The translations under genes and the position numbers were made by a program. DNA of 64,000 nucleotides from Candidatus Uhrbacteria bacterium RIFCSPLOWO2_01_FULL_47_25 (lineage in GTDB: Bacteria; Patescibacteriota; Patescibacteriia; GWA2-46-9). The stretch is from NCBI GenBank assembly GCA_001791325.1, contig MGEK01000004.1, forward strand, positions 8,566-72,565, written 5' to 3'. The number at the start of each line of letters is the position of its first letter. The stretch's first letter is position 1. Shown here piece after piece: positions 62,132 to 64,000 of this stretch. Under the pieces are notes generated by a model. The model made no database searches and was not told the origin of the DNA. It saw nothing but the letters and a program-made list of their open reading frames with translations.

Positions 62132-64000
62132 ATGTCAATCAGGCGTTCGTCTAATGATCAATTTGCCAGCATAGTTCCGTTAGTTTATATACCTCGCGGA
62201 TTTGATCAGGAGTTTATTTATCGCATACCACGAACAGTGGTAAACCCCGTTAGAGAACTGGCACGGGGCATTAGACCCAGTGCTCGTACTGGTAAATTAC
62301 ACCCCGCGGAATCCACCAGCTGGCGGAGTGGGGCATTCTCTAACGGGGTAAATATAGTCGCCGGTCAGCCGGTCACGGTTAATTTTCGCAAAAAAACAAT
62401 TCAAGGAATAGTGCGTCGCACGTTTAATAAGCCGGCATCTTTAAAAACAATACTAGATATTAAATCAGTACTTCCATATCTCCCGTTAACAAAGGGGCAA
62501 TTGGCGATCATAGATACATTAGAAAATTATTATGGCGCTAGCAGGACTTTAGCCTATAAGACGGTGGTTGTAAAATTCGCTATGAATCTAAGGTTGGAGC
62601 ATAAGCGATCTCATCAAAAAATTAAATATCCAGCGCTTACTGAAACAAATCAACAAACGCTCCTTTTACTTCTTCGGGCTAAACCCAAACTTACCATCAG
62701 CGGCGCGCTTTATGATCCGCGCCATTCTTTATTTATTGAGTATATACGCCAACGCATCAAAAACAAGGGCCAGATCCTTTTGCTTTTTCCAGATAATGAG
62801 TCAGCAGAAATTGTTAAAGAGTCTTATGAAAAATATTTTAATGAGGCCGCTTTGGTAATTTGGTCATCTCAAGCGCCTATTGGTCAGCTCAGTCGAGACT
62901 GGATGCGCATTAGCACGGGAGAGGCTAGCATCATATTAGCCACGCGGAGCGGGCCATTTTTACCATTTAAATCTTTGCGAGCGATCATCCTTTTTGATGA
63001 AGCCGACAATAATTATAAATCATGGGATCAACAGCCATATTACGATACAAGGCTACTTGCCGAAAAGTTATCGGAGACTGAACAAATACCTTTGCTGACA
63101 ACACGGCTTTTGCCGCCCTTACAATCACGTCACCAAGTGCTTAGTATAATTTCCAGAAAAAAAGCTGCTTTAGTAACTATTTTTGATCGTCAAACGCTTT
63201 ATAAAGAAAACCCCAAGGCTATTATCCCCGAAGAAGTAATGACCTTCATTGGAAAATCGTCGCCAAGCGAGCAGAGCTTGGTTTTTATTAATCGTCTCGG
63301 TTACGCGGCTCTTTTTTGTCGCGATTGCGGCTATATTTTTCGCTGCCAGAATTGCGATACACCGTTAATACATGTTTCAAACCAATCCAATGGAGCGAAT
63401 ATACGATGTTACAAATGCAGTCACGTTGCCATAACACCTGTCTTTTGTCCACAGTGTCGTTGTGTCCACCTGCGATATTTTGGCGTCGGAGTAGAAAGAA
63501 TACACGAAGAGTTAATTAAACAATTCCCCCATAAACGTATTCAACGCCTAGACCGCGCTTATTTAAAAACCGGCCCCAGTCTTCAGCAGTTGCTTGATAA
63601 TATTAGAAACCATCGCGTTGATATTACAATAGCTACCTCTATTATTCTGCCGCGTCTGTGGTCTTTACCTTTATTCAACACGACAGTGGTCTTACAGGCC
63701 GAAAGCTTATTTTTGACAACGGGTTGGCGGGCTTATGAAAATGGATTAACCGCTCTTCGTCAACTGCGAACAGCTACTAAAGGGCATTTTTACGTTGAAA
63801 CAAGTTTGCCCAATCATCCAGTGATTAAATCTTTGCAGTCAACAAATCTAAAAAACTTTTTCACTAGTGAGCTTGCTGAAAGAAAAAGATTTAACTATCC
63901 TCCATATTCCAGGTTGATCAAATTAATTGCCAAAAGAAGTGACGCTGGCATAAGCTCTAATGAAATTGGCAGATTGGGCAATATTGAAACGATTGAAATA
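62132..64000 (+). CDS. priA: primosomal protein N' (PriA), 3'-truncated by window end, carrying an in-frame 108-nt insertion (MITE family-1 copy 6 + target duplication) in its N-terminal domain
   Basis: Frame 2 open from ATG 62132 to the window end (not in the ORF track because no stop is reached). IPRTVV[insert]IVAGQPVTVNFRKKTIQGIVRR is a PriA 3'-DNA-binding-domain pattern. Downstream Cys4-Cys4 zinc module CRDCGYIFRCQNCDTPL...CYKCSHV...CPQCRC. Confidence 0.75.
   Translation, partial: MSIRRSSNDQFASIVPLVYIPRGFDQEFIYRIPRTVVNPVRELARGIRPSARTGKLHPAESTSWRSGAFSNGVNIVAGQPVTVNFRKKTIQGIVRRTFNKPASLKTILDIKSVLPYLPLTKGQLAIIDTLENYYGASRTLAYKTVVVKFAMNLRLEHKRSHQKIKYPALTETNQQTLLLLLRAKPKLTISGALYDPRHSLFIEYIRQRIKNKGQILLLFPDNESAEIVKESYEKYFNEAALVIWSSQAPIGQLSRDWMRISTGEASIILATRSGPFLPFKSLRAIILFDEADNNYKSWDQQPYYDTRLLAEKLSETEQIPLLTTRLLPPLQSRHQVLSIISRKKAALVTIFDRQTLYKENPKAIIPEEVMTFIGKSSPSEQSLVFINRLGYAALFCRDCGYIFRCQNCDTPLIHVSNQSNGANIRCYKCSHVAITPVFCPQCRCVHLRYFGVGVERIHEELIKQFPHKRIQRLDRAYLKTGPSLQQLLDNIRNHRVDITIATSIILPRLWSLPLFNTTVVLQAESLFLTTGWRAYENGLTALRQLRTATKGHFYVETSLPNHPVIKSLQSTNLKNFFTSELAERKRFNYPPYSRLIKLIAKRSDAGISSNEIGRLGNIETIEI
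62245..62348. mobile_element. MITE/RPE-like element family 1, copy 6 (reverse orientation of copies 2/4), inside priA, in frame, without stop codons
   Basis: CCCCGTTAGAGAACTGGCACGGGG...GGGGCATTCTCTAACGGGG; flanked by GTAAA direct repeats; encodes NPVRELARGIRPSARTGKLHPAESTSWRSGAFSNGV. Confidence 0.7.

Noticed and set aside
63316-63519. ORF 63316..63519(+), 67 aa
   Set aside because: Wrong frame inside priA. The PriA zinc-finger region is encoded in frame 2 across the same bases.
1-64000. rRNA genes, prophage, integrase/transposase genes
   Set aside because: None recognisable. The mobile-looking features are all small non-autonomous elements without protein-coding capacity.

Overview
This is a 64 kb window of a moderately AT-rich bacterial chromosome with gene content typical of Candidate Phyla Radiation (Patescibacteria)-type genomes. 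It has compact housekeeping genes, many surface proteins, and several 'four-helix-bundle' (4HB; 23S rRNA-IVS protein) and GxxExxY genes. The genus-level call is inference only.

Gene order, 5' to 3':
- a TraG/VirD4-like membrane ATPase
- dnaX and metK
- a roughly 24 kb cell-surface locus (7686-31527)
- rplU, recR(-) and dnaB(-)
- small membrane and cell-division genes, tRNA genes, ftsE/ftsX
- DUF192, a CPA2 antiporter, cyclophilin, HtrA protease, greA, lysS, serS, an aminotransferase, a Mur-ligase-like ORF, an FtsQ-like ORF
- M23 peptidase(-), gltX(-), a WecG::NUDIX fusion(-), 2H phosphoesterase(-)
- clpB, two hypothetical proteins, and the 5' part of priA

The cell-surface locus contains:
- a 4556-aa beta-helix-type giant protein
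- Csc-like DUF916-like and WxL-like proteins
- a dockerin-bearing protein
- three cohesin-like membrane proteins, whose N-termini are, or were, fused to an Avd/23S-IVS-type four-helix-bundle module

Striking non-coding structure:
1. Inverted arrays of tandem heptamers flank discrete modules. (GAATATN)4 upstream and (TATATTC)4 downstream flank each 4HB module. ACGCTGA and TCAGCGT arrays flank the GxxExxY gene. A 128-156 bp promoter-proximal block is identical in front of two paralogs.
2. Three families of 100-205 bp palindromic MITE/RPE-like elements with 11-25 bp terminal inverted repeats and 4-5 bp AT-rich target duplications. One is inserted in-frame in priA, three abut start codons as ...GGGGT-ATG, and one sits exactly on the rplU stop codon.
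3. Two tRNA loci where intact tRNAs (Gln-CTG; Thr-CGT and Gly-CCC) are embedded in nested palindromic shells of tRNA halves.
4. A GC-rich structured region upstream of dnaX that may be an ncRNA (possibly SRP RNA).

No rRNA, CRISPR array, reverse transcriptase, integrase or transposase gene is visible in the window.
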